Shown here: piece by piece, positions 26,418-38,468 of the stretch | Numbering within the stretch: position 1 is the first letter of the stretch | Layout: every line of letters starts with the position of its first letter | Origin: Octopus vulgaris | Taxonomy: Eukaryota | Direction of reading: 5' to 3' | Assembly (NCBI GenBank): GCA_951406725.2 | Contig: OX597839.1 | Span: forward strand, 11,160,001-11,224,000 | Length of the DNA stretch: 64,000 nucleotides | Position numbers and translations under genes: made by a program | The notes under the pieces: generated by a model | Told to the model about the DNA's origin: nothing | The model's input: only the letters and a program-made list of their open reading frames with translations | Database searches by the model: none

Positions 26418-27662
26418 GGAGAAAAATGCCAGGCTTGTTTTAGAACTTGATTTGGCTGTCTGTTGTACCATCAGTAGTGATCAATGACTTATTAAGATCT
26501 AGTTACCATATTTCTCTTCTGTTGGAATAAACTCTAAAACTTTCTCCTCCCGGAGATTTATTGTGTTATAGCATTGGTCAGTTCTCAACAATAAATTTAC
26601 ATGTTAGCATTTCCTTGTGTAGAGAGAACAACAAAATAAGGCGTGGTGGTTGTTGTTATTGTTGCGGTGGTGGCAAATGTTGTTGTGGCGACTGTGATGG
26701 TGGTATCTGTTGGAATGGATAGTGTTCGATGGTGAGTGGTGGTGTTGTTGGTGGCGGTGCCAGTTGTTCTGTTGATGTTGCTGGCTGTTGGTAGGGGTAG
26801 TATTTGTTGGTGGTGGTGGTGTTGCTGCTGTTGTTGTTCATACAGCTGTTGCAAGGTGAGGGTGTGGATAGGGGGCAGGGTTCTGGAGTTTGCTTATTTA
26901 TTGCACATGTTATTAGCAAGATAGACCAGTTTAAAATATCTGGCTAAACTGTTGACTTGTTGGTAGTAATTCAACAGAAAGTAACTGTCAAAATCCAATA
27001 AATCTAATTGTTAATAAAGTCATCATCATCATCATCATCACCATTATCATTATTGCCACCATCACTACTACCACCACAGCAGCATCGGCAGCAGAACTCT
27101 CTTCAAATATTCATGGTTTGTTATTATTAATCTCATAGAATCTATTCAGTTTTTTCTGTGGAGGGGGGGGGGCGTTTTTAGTTTCCTTCCTCAAAATTGT
27201 TTTGAGAAATTGAGAGAATGGGGAGCAGGAGGAGGAGGAGGATGTCAAACAGTGGTAGTCTTTAAATAAAGCACTGACAGTTATCAAACATGAACACTAA
27301 TAAATTATGATAGGGCCTAGCACTGTGTGTGTGTGTGTGTGTTTAGTACTAATGTACCTAATATTTTCCCTTGCTCCCTGTGACGTATATGACATTACTG
27401 ATATTCTTAAGAATAGTGATGACGTGTGTGTGTGCACTTATGTGCACGCATCACGCATGATCTCTCAGTCTCTCTCTCTCTCTCTCTCTATTTGTTTAAC
27501 TAACATTCTATTTAACTAGCTATCTATATATAAATACAGTGTACATTTAAACACATAAGAGGCATCCATCATAGGACTCCTTGCATGCTAGACAGAACAG
27601 TTAAATTCCAAACCACTATTAGGGATAAAACTTCGAAGGGAATGAAAAATACGAACGTTACC

Positions 27663-27751
27663 ATCTAAATCTTGAACCATGGTTTCAGACTTTCTTTCGC
27701 AAATAAAATAATTTGCTAGGTGAAGTCTTCTTCAGAAGATACACCTTAGAT
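27663..27751 (-). ncRNA. Extended type I hammerhead-like ribozyme
   Basis: Minus strand: ATCTAA-ggtgt-ATCTT-CTGAAGA-AGACTT-[cacctaGCAAATtattttATTTGCgaaaga]-AAGTCT-GAAA-CCATGG-TTC-AAGAT-TTAGAT. Stem I 5+6 bp with a 5-nt bulge, stem II 6 bp, palindromic stem III with one extra U. Confidence 0.7.
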
Positions 27752-27788
27752 TAAACATATATACACAAGGCAATCCAGTATATGCCAT

Positions 27789-28125
27789 GTGAAGGCGCAT
27801 GGCTCAGTAGTTAGAGCATCAAGCTTACGATCATGAGGTTGTGAGTTCGAGTCCCAGACCGGGCTACGTGTTGTGTTCTTGAGCAAGACACTTTAGTTCA
27901 CGTTGCTCCAGTTAACTCAGCTGTAGAAATGAGTTGCGACGTCATGGGTGCCAAGCTGTATCGGCTACTGCCTTTCCCTTGGATAACACTGGTGGCATGA
28001 AGAGGGGAGGCCGGTATGCATGGGCGACTGCTAATCTTCCACAAACCACCTTGCCCAGACTTGTGGCTAGGAGGTTAACTTTCTAGGTGCAATCCCATGG
28101 TCAGTGTCGTGACCGAAGGGAGTCC
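27789..28125 (+). mobile_element. tRNA-derived CORE-type SINE, distinct family
   Basis: TGGCTCAGTAGTTAGAGC A box, GAGTTCGAGTCCC B box, GTGTTCTTGAGCAAGACACTT CORE-like segment. Confidence 0.75.
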
Positions 28126-28213
28126 CGACCGACCGATAAGTCCTGTGCTTATGCATTCTAATTTTTAAAATTTCTAATATTTCTTATTACCCTTGATACT
28201 TTTAGTTATTAGC

Positions 28214-28251
<38 letters not shown>

Positions 28252-29802
28252 ACATAGTTATACAAGTAGAATTCTATACATAATATAGAGTAGGTCCTTT
28301 TATGATGTGTGTGAAAATTCATTCTCACAATATGTAACCAAAAGTTAGAGTTCACTCGTATGTTTCACACTCCATTCATGTATTCACTGTGGCTAAGTGA
28401 TTGGCACTGAACCATGAAGTAGGTTAGTGCGTGAAATGCAAGCCACATAATATTTTTTTTTGTTTGTATGCAATTGTATAATATAATTATTTTCAGTGTC
28501 ATAGGAAGTTGTTAGAGCTCTTCCGGATGGGGATTTTTGTATTTCAATATTCCACTTGCGCATTACCATACTAATAATCTGGTGTAGAACCCTATATACG
28601 TATGCTTCTGAATGATGTGTTAGTCAAGTCTACAGTGATAAGAAGAAAACGAGATGACAAAGGACCCAAATAAATTGCACTTCATATTTGAGGCTCTGAC
28701 AAAACTATAAGGTGTATCTTATAGCAGAAACAGCTGTGAGCTATTGAAGTTCATAAGATAATCATTTATTTCTTTGTCATCTCATTTTTTTATATAATGA
28801 TGTAAGATAATATAATTATAGTATAATATCATTTAATTTATTATATTACTATCTCATGGAGTCCCATGTCCTCTGATACAGAATTTCAGAGTTTCCACTC
28901 CAAGTATGAATCATCTAATTTCATTTGCCTTGCTAAGGGGAAGGCACAACCTCCTTTTTTCTTTGCTCTCCCTCTCCTAAATATCTTAGTCTACTATAAC
29001 AAAAACAAGTTGGTCTCTTTTCCAAATCTTTGTTTTCTCATCCGGAACTGAGTCTTATCTTTGTTTTTGCTTGGTTTGCATCATTAAAAAATTTTTTTTT
29101 AATTATTGTAGTTCCTCTTAATTTAGTTAAAAAGCAGTGGTTTCACGCATTCCAGCTTCTTATTAACAAACAGTTCAATTCCTTACTGTCACACGATAAA
29201 TTCTCTCTCTCTCTCTCTGTTTTCTTCTGCTCCCATTTCTTAAAGGTCTTGACATCTTTTCAACAGTTTACCGCCTTCACTATACTTCCTACAGAGGAAT
29301 GCTGAGTGGAATTATTAGGAAAGTTTCTGGATAGCTTTTGGGCAGGAAATGATGTTTCAGCTCTAGTGTTATCTCGCCACTGTGTAATTACGATATCCAA
29401 ATACTTGGTGCTATTTTCAAAACTAATTAATATCCTGTAATATCGTTGATATTGATCGGATAAATTGACATCTTTCTTTTGTCCAGTTATTTAATATGTT
29501 GCTGTTGATTAGCCTCTGGTCAACCCTGATCAAGTAGACTTGCGATCAAACACATTTCCAACTGAGATGACACCATCTCCATCATCTTGTTTATATAAGA
29601 CTGCCTCCTTCAATATATCATTCCCTTTTTTCTTTTTCTTTTTTTTTTTTCTTGAGACAGAAAAATCTTGTGATTAAGTGCTATATTTAGCAACTTGTGT
29701 TACTCCTAGTAACACAGTCATTAAATGTTACAACGTGGCCATACTGGGGCACCATCTTGAAGCATTTAGTTGAATAGCTGACTCCAGTACATTTGTTTTT
29801 TT

Positions 29803-30027
29803 TTAACCCATTAGCATTTAAACGGGCCATATCCTGTCCAAAATATTCTATCTGCTCCCTGATTAAACTGGCCATATCAAGCCTTTCACACCTTCCTGAC
29901 AATGTCGCTCAAAGCATAAATAATCACATCATTGGAATCCCAAAGCTACAGGATAATGCCTGATTGAAAACAACATGAATAAATGTGCATTACATTTGAC
30001 AGAATAATCTGAATTCTAAAGGGTTAA
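29803..30027. mobile_element. piggyBac-like MITE (family C)
   Basis: TTAACCCATTAGCATTT ... CTAAAGGGTTAA. Confidence 0.8.
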
Positions 30028-30568
30028 AAGACTGCTATTTATTCTTTGGGCCTCTTTGTCTTCAAGATTTGCTAAGCAGTGACATGTAAGAAATGATTTT
30101 GTCACCTTTCTAACCATTGAAGGTTACTCTAAAGCAATATTTTGATATATTATTTGTGCCTGTGTGGTAAGAAGTTTGCTTTCCAACCACATGGTTCCAC
30201 ATTCAACCAAATTGTGTGGCACCTTGAGCAAATGATTTCTACTATAGCCTGTCCAAAACGTTAGTGGATTTGGTTGGCAGACACTGAAAGAAGACTGTTA
30301 TGTATATTCGTGTGTGTTTGTACTCCACCACCACCACCTGACAACCAGAACTGGTTTATTTATGTCTCTGTAGCTTAGGGGTTCAACAGAAGAGACTGAT
30401 AGAATAAACACCATCAGTTTGTCTGCCCCTTCAGTATAACTGCAGTCCAATGATTGGAACAGGTAAAAGATAACGATAAAAGATTGCGTTTTTCTGAAAT
30501 TGATATTTATTAATTTGTGTGATTTTCTTATATTTTCTTTGTTTTGTTTTTGTTGTTTTTTTTTAATT

Positions 30569-30611
30569 CCTAACTAATCCAATTATTTCTTCTGTTTCAT
30601 TTTAGGTAAGT
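30569..30611 (+). promoter_or_regulatory. Candidate recursive splice site (3' splice site fused to a regenerated 5' splice site)
   Basis: CCTAACTAAT branch point (30569-30578), polypyrimidine tract, TTTTAG|GTAAGT; no AG dinucleotide from 30483 to 30603. Confidence 0.65.
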
Positions 30612-30726
30612 CGTTTGGCATTGGATTTTCATTGGATTTATTTTTCAAACAATTCATACCACAATACCATATGCAACTTGTGACACTTTAGTTGTGAGTA
30701 ATTTTCAATTGTTTAGAATTCTTCAA
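30606..30726 (+). other. Candidate cryptic RS-exon (121 nt, or 88 nt using the donor at 30694)
   Basis: Downstream donors CAA|GTAAGT (30727) and GTT|GTGAGT (30694); stop codons in all three frames. Confidence 0.45.
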
Positions 30727-30773
30727 GTAAGTGGAGATATTTTCACACACAATTCTATTATATTTTTGTTGAC

Positions 30774-31002
30774 TTAACCCTTTGGTGTTTAAGCCGGCCA
30801 TATCCGGCCCAAATATCCTACATGTTTTCCATTCAAACTGGCCATATCCAGCCCCTCACACCTAACCTACATTGACATTCTAAGAATAAACTATCACACC
30901 ATTGAAACTTCAAAGCTGTAAGATAATGTATGATTAATTTTAAATGATTTGAGTGAAAAAAGTATTACATTTAACAGATTAATCTGAACACTAAAGGGTT
31001 AA
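30774..31002. mobile_element. piggyBac-like MITE (family C)
   Basis: TTAACCCTTTGGTGTT ... AACACTAAAGGGTTAA. Confidence 0.85.
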
Positions 31003-31030
31003 TCTCTCTCTCTCTCCACATACACACACC

Positions 31031-31161
31031 ATTCTTATTTAAGAATATTATTGATAGTGACTTCAAAGTTTTGCCCAGCTAAGACATTACCAAACTGTCT
31101 GATAACAGCTTAGCTGGCCACAACTTCAAAGTCACTGTCAGTAACATTCTTGTATAAGAAT
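31031..31161. repeat. Imperfect inverted repeat / small foldback element
   Basis: ATTCTTATTTAAGAATATTATTGATAGTGACTTCAAAGTTTTGCCCAGCTAAG pairs with CTTAGCTGGCCACAACTTCAAAGTCACTGTCAGTAACATTCTTGTATAAGAAT; ~25-nt loop. Confidence 0.75.
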
Positions 31162-31341
31162 AATAAATTTGTACTCTACAAAGGTATAGAGGAATCCATC
31201 AGATTAATGTAAAATGGTTTAATTATGACTGAACATAAAAACAAACATTAATATAATATAATATTATATATATATATATAACTTTCTGTTCCATTATTGG
31301 TTGGATCCACAGAAAATGTACTCCCTCTAGTGAGAGGTAAC

Positions 31342-32030
31342 TGTCATTTATTATACACAAGATTTATGTTCAAGCGGATCTTTTCAGTTTGAACGGCAGT
31401 TTTTTCTAGCGGTGTCATATGAAATTGTCACCCATAATTATGACCCTAGTAGTGATCTATTGCATTTCAATCTGTTTTAGGGTTAGGGTTAGGGGGAAGT
31501 TTATATTTTTTTCTTCAGAAATGTAAATAAACCCAATCTGTTTCTTAAATGAGGGACATATTCATATGGCAATGGCACAGAATGTTTTTAGCTCAATGGA
31601 CGTCATTGATTGGTTGAAATTGCAGAAATTGAAGAAAAAACAACAAATAATATCTTACAAACTATAGAATTTTCTCAATAAAACCAAGAGAAAAAGATGT
31701 TTTATAAACACATTCTACCAGTATACGAAGTTTAAAAGTTTTGTTTAGTTACCGTGGAAATTATTATAAAAACTGCCGGTCAAACCGAAAAGATCCATTC
31801 AAGCTAGTGTTAATTTCATGCTCTTCAAATGTATAGTATGACAAGCTGGTATGGAATATTGTGTGCTTTCAAGCAATCCTTCAGATTCAGTTATGTATAT
31901 GTTATATACTTGAGTCAGAAAGATTGCTTGGAAGCACATGTATGCTATTCATGCTTGTAAGAATATTGTGTTTCCATAGCATGAAGCTAATTGTAGCTTG
32001 AATATAAATGCTGTGTATAATGAATGATAC
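31342..32030. mobile_element. Old foldback (palindromic) MITE interrupted by a younger DNA transposon
   Basis: After removing 31376-31804, the left and right halves are reverse complements about a centre near 31900. Confidence 0.65.
31376..31796. mobile_element. Non-autonomous DNA transposon, Merlin-like, with internal (TTAGGG)3
   Basis: TIRs GGATCTTTTCAGTTTGAACGGCAGTTTT / AAAACTGCCGGTCAAACCGAAAAGATCC; 8-bp TSD GTTCAAGC/ATTCAAGC; telomeric repeat 31477-31494. Confidence 0.75.
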
Positions 32031-32084
32031 ATAGATCAACCAGATGTTATATATCACTGATCACAGTACACTTTCAATTCTTTC

Positions 32085-32400
32085 TAAGTTGTGCCATTCT
32101 TTTTCATCTTGGCCCAAATTGTTTAACTAAATCATCTTTCTGTAATCATTGAGGCCCTTCCAAGCAGCCTTTTGTGATCTCTTGGATACCATTTAGCAAC
32201 TGCATGGGTTCATTTGTCTGAGAGCCTTAACATGTCCAGCCCTACAGAATTTGTGCTTTTGGTATTCTGTAATCACATCATTTGCTCCGATCCATTCTTG
32301 GATTACCTCATTTTGAATATGCTCTTGCAATGATATTCCTAGCATGGATCTTACCATGGTCCTTTGTGTTGGAGCTAATCAATGTTTTTCCCTCTTCGTA
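32085..32400 (-). pseudogene. Degenerate RTE-clade LINE ORF C-terminus
   Basis: Translation TQRTMVRSMLGISLQEHIQNEVIQEWIGANDVITEYQKHKF..AGHV matches the RTE motif TQRAMERxMLGISLxDHIxNEVIR...WAGHV. Confidence 0.7.
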
Positions 32401-32691
32401 GAAACCCATATCTGCCTGTCTGTTTTACTATCCATACATCTTTACTTATTATATTCATATTGTCATCTGATCAAGCAACATGCTTTAGCAGCAGAGTAAA
32501 TCCTCACTTCTGAAGAAATAATTTAGTTCTGCTATTTACTGATATTGAATTTTTTTCTGACATTGTCATCCATATACTCAAATGTGCGTGTGTGTGTGTG
32601 TGTATGTGTTTGCATGTATTTTGCTGTATGTATGCACACACATGCACATATATATATATATGCACACGCAGACATACATATGCTTACATAT

Positions 32692-32731
<40 letters not shown>

Positions 32732-32760
32732 TAGACATACACACATATGCTTACATATGC

Positions 32761-32816
<56 letters not shown>

Positions 32817-32839
32817 CATATGCTTACATATACATTTTA

Positions 32840-32885
<46 letters not shown>

Positions 32886-32913
32886 CAGACATAAACACAT
32901 ATGGCTTACATAT

Positions 32914-32957
<44 letters not shown>

Positions 32958-33409
32958 CATATATATATATTTATATACGTACATATATATATATTTATAT
33001 ACGTACATACATATATATATTTATATACGTACATACATATATATATTTATATATGTATACATACATATATATATATTTATATATGTATACATATACACAC
33101 ACTACACTATGCACATGCTCGCATTATATATTAACTGATAGCTATGCTGACATATCTACATACACACGATCTTAACTAAAATTGTTTAGAATCACTATTA
33201 TTCCTGTCTGGCTAAGTTAAATTAATATACTGTTTAGCTTGGGGCAAAGTTTTAGCAGTAGGTTTTAATTCAATGTGTTCTTAAATTATCTGCTATTTTG
33301 ATGTTCCATTTTGTTATACTAATTCATTGTATTATTTCTGGTAAAATGCTCATCCAAAATGAGAGATTGTTCTATTTAACATAACTGTTTTAAACTATTA
33401 TAACTTCTG

Positions 33410-33630
33410 TAACCTTTTATTACCACGTTTCTATTGAAATATATTGCCTTTGTCTCAATTAATTTCGAAAAATAATGAAGAATTTTAGTAAAACTAATTT
33501 TGTCATTAAGCTGGTGTTTGGAATACAAATTAGCATGAAATTTTGATGGAAGGTTTTAATTTCAGTCTCTTTAAAATGGAAAGCTTGTATCATAGATAGG
33601 ACTGAGAGGTCGGTTTGTATTAAAAAGGTC
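33410..33630. mobile_element. Diverged family D-related MITE
   Basis: TAACCTTTTATTAC ... GTATTAAAAAGGTCA; internal GAATTTTAGTAAAA and TTGATGGAAGGTTTTAAT resemble family D. Confidence 0.55.
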
Positions 33631-34171
33631 ATATGCTATTAGTTTGTGTGTGTGTGTGTGTGTGCTTGAGAGAGAGAGAGAGAGATTGTGTCTGTCTGTC
33701 TCTCTTTTCAGAACAGAAAATGGCACTGAAAATGAGAAATATTGATAGTGTTATGTATTTGTTATAGATTTAGTTGTTAACTGTCTACTTGATCACTGAT
33801 CAAGATGATAGGTCATCTAAGTTAAATCCAGTTGTGGCCACCCCAACCTGTCTTTCTCTTTTGTCCTGTGTAGTGTAACCCACTTTAATTAAAATAGAGA
33901 ATTTTTTTTTTTAATTTTCAAATATGCATTTATTGGTCTCAATCATTGGACTGTGGCCATGCTGGGGCATCCCCCCACCCAAAGTGCTTATTCAACCTGG
34001 AACTTATCTGACCAATTTTTTTGTTCAGCTGCTAAGTTAGTGGACCTAAAAGAAACAATGTCCCTTTGTGTGGCACCTTGAGCAAATGTCTTCTACTATA
34101 GCCTCAGGCTGACCAAAGCCTTGTATGTGGATCTGATAGATGGAAACTGAAAGAAGCCCATTGTGTGTGTG

Positions 34172-34218
<47 letters not shown>

Positions 34219-34987
34219 TTGTGTATGCATATATATATTTGTGTATATACATATATATATGTGTGTGTATGTGTATATATATATGTGTGTGTGTGTATGT
34301 GTGTGTATATATATGTGTGTGTGTGTCTGTGTTTGTCCCCCACTACTGCTTGACAACTGGTGTTGGTGTGTTTATGTCTCCTAACTTTTGAGATTAAGCA
34401 ACTTTTCATCTATAGAGTGTAGATAAAATAGACATTGTTTTTGAGCCTCTGTGACCATCCATCTATGACCATCCACTCAGTTTCTGAAGTATAGTATCTA
34501 GGTCTACATTATCCAATATGTTTTTTTTTTGTAGTTTGGTAAGAAGTTTACTTCCCAACCATATGGTTCTTGGTTCAGTCCCCTTGCATGGCAAAGCGAG
34601 ACTAATAGATTAAGTACTAAGCTTAAAAATAAGTACTGGAGTCGATTTGTTTGACTAAACCCTTCAAGGTGGTGTCCCAGCATGGCCACGGTCTAATGAC
34701 TGAAAGAAGTAAAAGATACTTATGTCTGTAGAGTGTGATTTGAGGGAGATTTGGATGTTCTTTTAACAGGTCAAGCAACCTTCCCTAGAGACATCCTCAT
34801 TGGCTCAGACATCCATAAAACATATATATGAAAAAGAAAAAAAAAAAGAATCTCTAATCTTTCCTCCACTTTCTGTTGGTTATTTTCCTGCTTATCATTG
34901 AGTGCATACCTGGTTATTACTGAGTACATACTTGTGTTGGTGCCAATTCAACATCACTTAGTTTTATTTTATTTTTGTGTACAAAGC

Positions 34988-35026
<39 letters not shown>

Positions 35027-35064
35027 TTTCTGTGAGTGAAGAGACTAAGTATTTACCAAATCTG

Positions 35065-35112
<48 letters not shown>

Positions 35113-35804
35113 TTTGTTCTCCGAACACCACCACCATTTGGTGTTGGTTTGATGGTTTGGCAAAAGAGACCGACAGAAGTTGTACCAGGCTTGCAAGGAC
35201 TGGGACCAGTTTGTTCAACTGAACCCTTTAAGGTGGTGCCCCAACATGGTCGTGGTCTAAAAACTGAAACAAGTAAAAGATATGAAAGAAGATAGCGATC
35301 TAACTTGTCCTTTTCTTTTTTTTTTATGATGGTTGAATGAGATTTGGCTGCTATTTCTACAAGCTTAAAACCACAACACCGCAGCCATCTTTGTGACTCA
35401 TGTTCATAGCATTTTGATGGTCAGTGTTAAATTGTATACTGACATAATCAGCACTTGAATAGACTTTGAAAATACATTAATGTAATGATTTTATTTGAAA
35501 CTGTGACAGAAAACAAATACTATTTGGCAACTCTGCCATGATGAACAGTTTAACTGTGAAGATGCTTTCATTTGAGGATATCACTTAACATCTGAAGAAT
35601 GCCATCAGAATTTGATGATATCTCCACATGCTTTTCAAAGCCATACACTCTATCTCTCATAATGATACGGTGCGACTGTTGTCCGTACAGTGTCCAGTTT
35701 AAATGTCTTGGCTCTTAAAATGTCTGCGTCTGTGATGTACATCTATCAAAATTGTTTCATTAATAGATGATGAATTCAGAATTTTAACTTCATGACAATA
35801 CCTA

Positions 35805-35864
<60 letters not shown>

Positions 35865-35899
35865 TGTGTATGTGTATATATATATACATATATACATAC

Positions 35900-35938
<39 letters not shown>

Positions 35939-36020
35939 AGTGTGTGTGTGTATGTATATATATATATATATACGGATGTATGTATGTATATATATGTGTG
36001 TATATATGTATGTATATATA

Positions 36021-36080
<60 letters not shown>

Positions 36081-36785
36081 CACACACAAACACACGTACA
36101 CACACTATTGATACAGACAAATTTGATTCTGATTGTGATAGACAAAATGAAAAGCTTATTGTTTGAGTTAAAATTTAGCTGTTAGCATTAAGTGTTAGAT
36201 TTATTTTCTCTGTATTTGGACAACATTAATGTTGATTGATTTTGCTCTTCTCGTCCCGTCTTACCCCGCTCCCTGAGTTTTTTTGTTTGTTTTTTATTGA
36301 TTCTGCTTTTTCTTTTCTTTTCTTTTTTTTTATATTTATTACTATTGATCTTTCCAATATCTTCTCTATAAAAACCCCGGTCTCGGTTTATAATTATGCG
36401 ATTAGCTCAGCAGTGGCTGTTTTGCTCATACGGCTTTCATTCCGAAGAATCTGTCTTTTGTCAGTGCAGCGTATTTAACACAGTTTGTTTTTGCGTTTGT
36501 CTTAATCCCATCGGAACATAATACAACCAGCTGTAATAAACAGCTGAGCGTATCCTCCCTGCTTATTGCAATGCAGAGTGCCACTAGAATGAAGCTCCCT
36601 TAGTGCTGACATCCTGACTTTGAAAAAAAAAAAGGCAATTCCTCACCAGCAAAAAGGTGACTGAGTGGACAGGGGCAGGCAACATGTAGTTATGTATGCA
36701 AGTGACATAAGAAATCTGTAAGTGCTTCGATAAGATTATTGTATTTTGTATTCATTCTGTATTCCATTTTCTATATGTCTATACC

Positions 36786-37016
36786 TTTTTCTTTACTACC
36801 CACAAGGGGCTAAACATAGAGGGGACAAACAAGGACAGAGAAACGGATTAAGTCGATTATGTCGACCCCAGTGCGTAACTGGTACTTAGTTTATCGACCC
36901 CGAAAGGATGAAAGGCAAAGTCGACCTCGGCGGAAGTTGAACTCAGAACTTAGCGGCAGACGAAATACTGCTAAGCATTTTACCCGGCGTGCTAACGATT
37001 CTGCCAGCTCGCCGCC
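36786..37016 (-). mobile_element. Full-length SINE family B with 13-bp TSD
   Basis: TSD TATATGTCTATAC at 36772-36784 and 37017-37029. Confidence 0.9.
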
Positions 37017-37058
37017 TATATGTCTATACAAGTAGGCATAGGTGTGGCTGTGTGGTAA

Positions 37059-37289
37059 GGCGGCCAGCTGGCAGAAACATTAGCACGCCAGGCGAAATGC
37101 GTAGCCGTATTTTGTCTGCCGTTACGTTCTGAGTTCAAATTCCGCCGAGGTCGACTTTGCCTTTCATCCTTTCAGGGTCGATGAAATAAGTGCCAGTTGC
37201 GCACTGGGGTCGATGTAATTGACATAATCCCTCTGCTTGTCCTTGTTTGTTCCCTCTATGTTTAGCCCCTTGTGGGCAATAAAGAAATA
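37059..37289 (+). mobile_element. Full-length SINE family B inserted into a family A head
   Basis: TSD TGTGTGGTAA at 37049-37058 and 37290-37299. Confidence 0.9.
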
Positions 37290-38053
37290 TGTGTGGTAAG
37301 AAGCATACTTCCCAACCACATGGTTCTGGGTTCAGTTTCACTGTGTGACATCTTGGGCAAGTATCTTCTACTATAGCCTTGGGCTGCCAAAATTTTGTGA
37401 GTGGATTTGGTGGGCAGAAGGCTTTAAAAAAAGTACTGAGGTTGATTCATTCAACTAAAATCTCTTCAAGGTGGGTGCTCCAGCATGACCGCAGTGTAAT
37501 GACTGAAACAGTAAAAGATAAAAGAAGATTTTTTGGTTTTACATCTGAACTCCTGTACATACTCTGTAATGCACATTGAAAATATTCCTTCAAAAACTTC
37601 AAATTAATAAAATAAATAACAAACGGTCTTAACTATAATTATATATGCAATTCCTTTTAATTCTCTCTTCTAATATGCAACAATCTGCTCACTTATCTCC
37701 TCCAATCTTATAACACAGCTTTCTTAACACATTGCCATATGACACACACTTTTTCTCTTAAATGCAACTTTACCTTTTGAATTTGTTATTGTTTTGAGAA
37801 CATGCGAGTTGTTTCTTTTATCTAATTTAGCAGTTACTCAGCAACAAACCTTCAGAATTTTGAAATTCTTCCATCAGATTCTTCAGTTAGATAATTATGA
37901 TGTAAATAAGTTTCACAGAAAACAACTTTTATCACAATCCCCTTTTCGCGAATTTTCCTACACTTAATTCGTTTCAATACTGGTCTCTACTTGTAGCAGT
38001 AGTAGTAATATTATCATTATTATTATTATTATTTGTAGTAGTAGTAGTAGTAA

Positions 38054-38468
38054 GGCGGCGAGCTAGCAGAAATGTTAGCATGCCGGGTGAAATGTGTAGC
38101 CGTATTTCGTCTGCAGTTACGTTCTGAGTTCAAATTCCGCAGAGGTCGACTTTGCCTTTCATCCTTTCGGGGTCGGTAAATTAAGTACCAGTTACGCACT
38201 GGGGTCGACATAATCCACTTAATACCTATGTCTGTCCTTGTTTGTCCCCTCTATGCTTTGCCCCTTGTGGGTAATAAAGAAATAGGTAATTTGTCTGCCG
38301 TTACGTTCTGAGTTCAAATTCCGCCGAGGTCAACTTTGCCTTTCATCCTTTCGAGGTCGATAAATTAAGTACCAGTTACGCACTGGGGTCGATATAATCG
38401 ACTTAATACCTATGTCTGTCCTTGTTTGTCCCCTCTGTGTGTAGTCCGTTGTGGGCAGTAAAGAAATA
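38054..38468 (+). mobile_element. SINE family B with tandemly duplicated body
   Basis: Complete copy to ~38284, then restarts at GTAATTTGTCTGCCGTTACG; inserted in (GTA)n. Confidence 0.85.

Noticed and set aside
31477-31494. (TTAGGG)3 as a chromosome-end or fusion relic
   Set aside because: Only three units, and internal to a TIR transposon
35532-35600. C/D snoRNA-like boxes (ATGATGA ... CTGA)
   Set aside because: Only a 3-bp terminal stem, no clear C'/D' boxes and no recognisable rRNA or snRNA guide; snoscan would be needed
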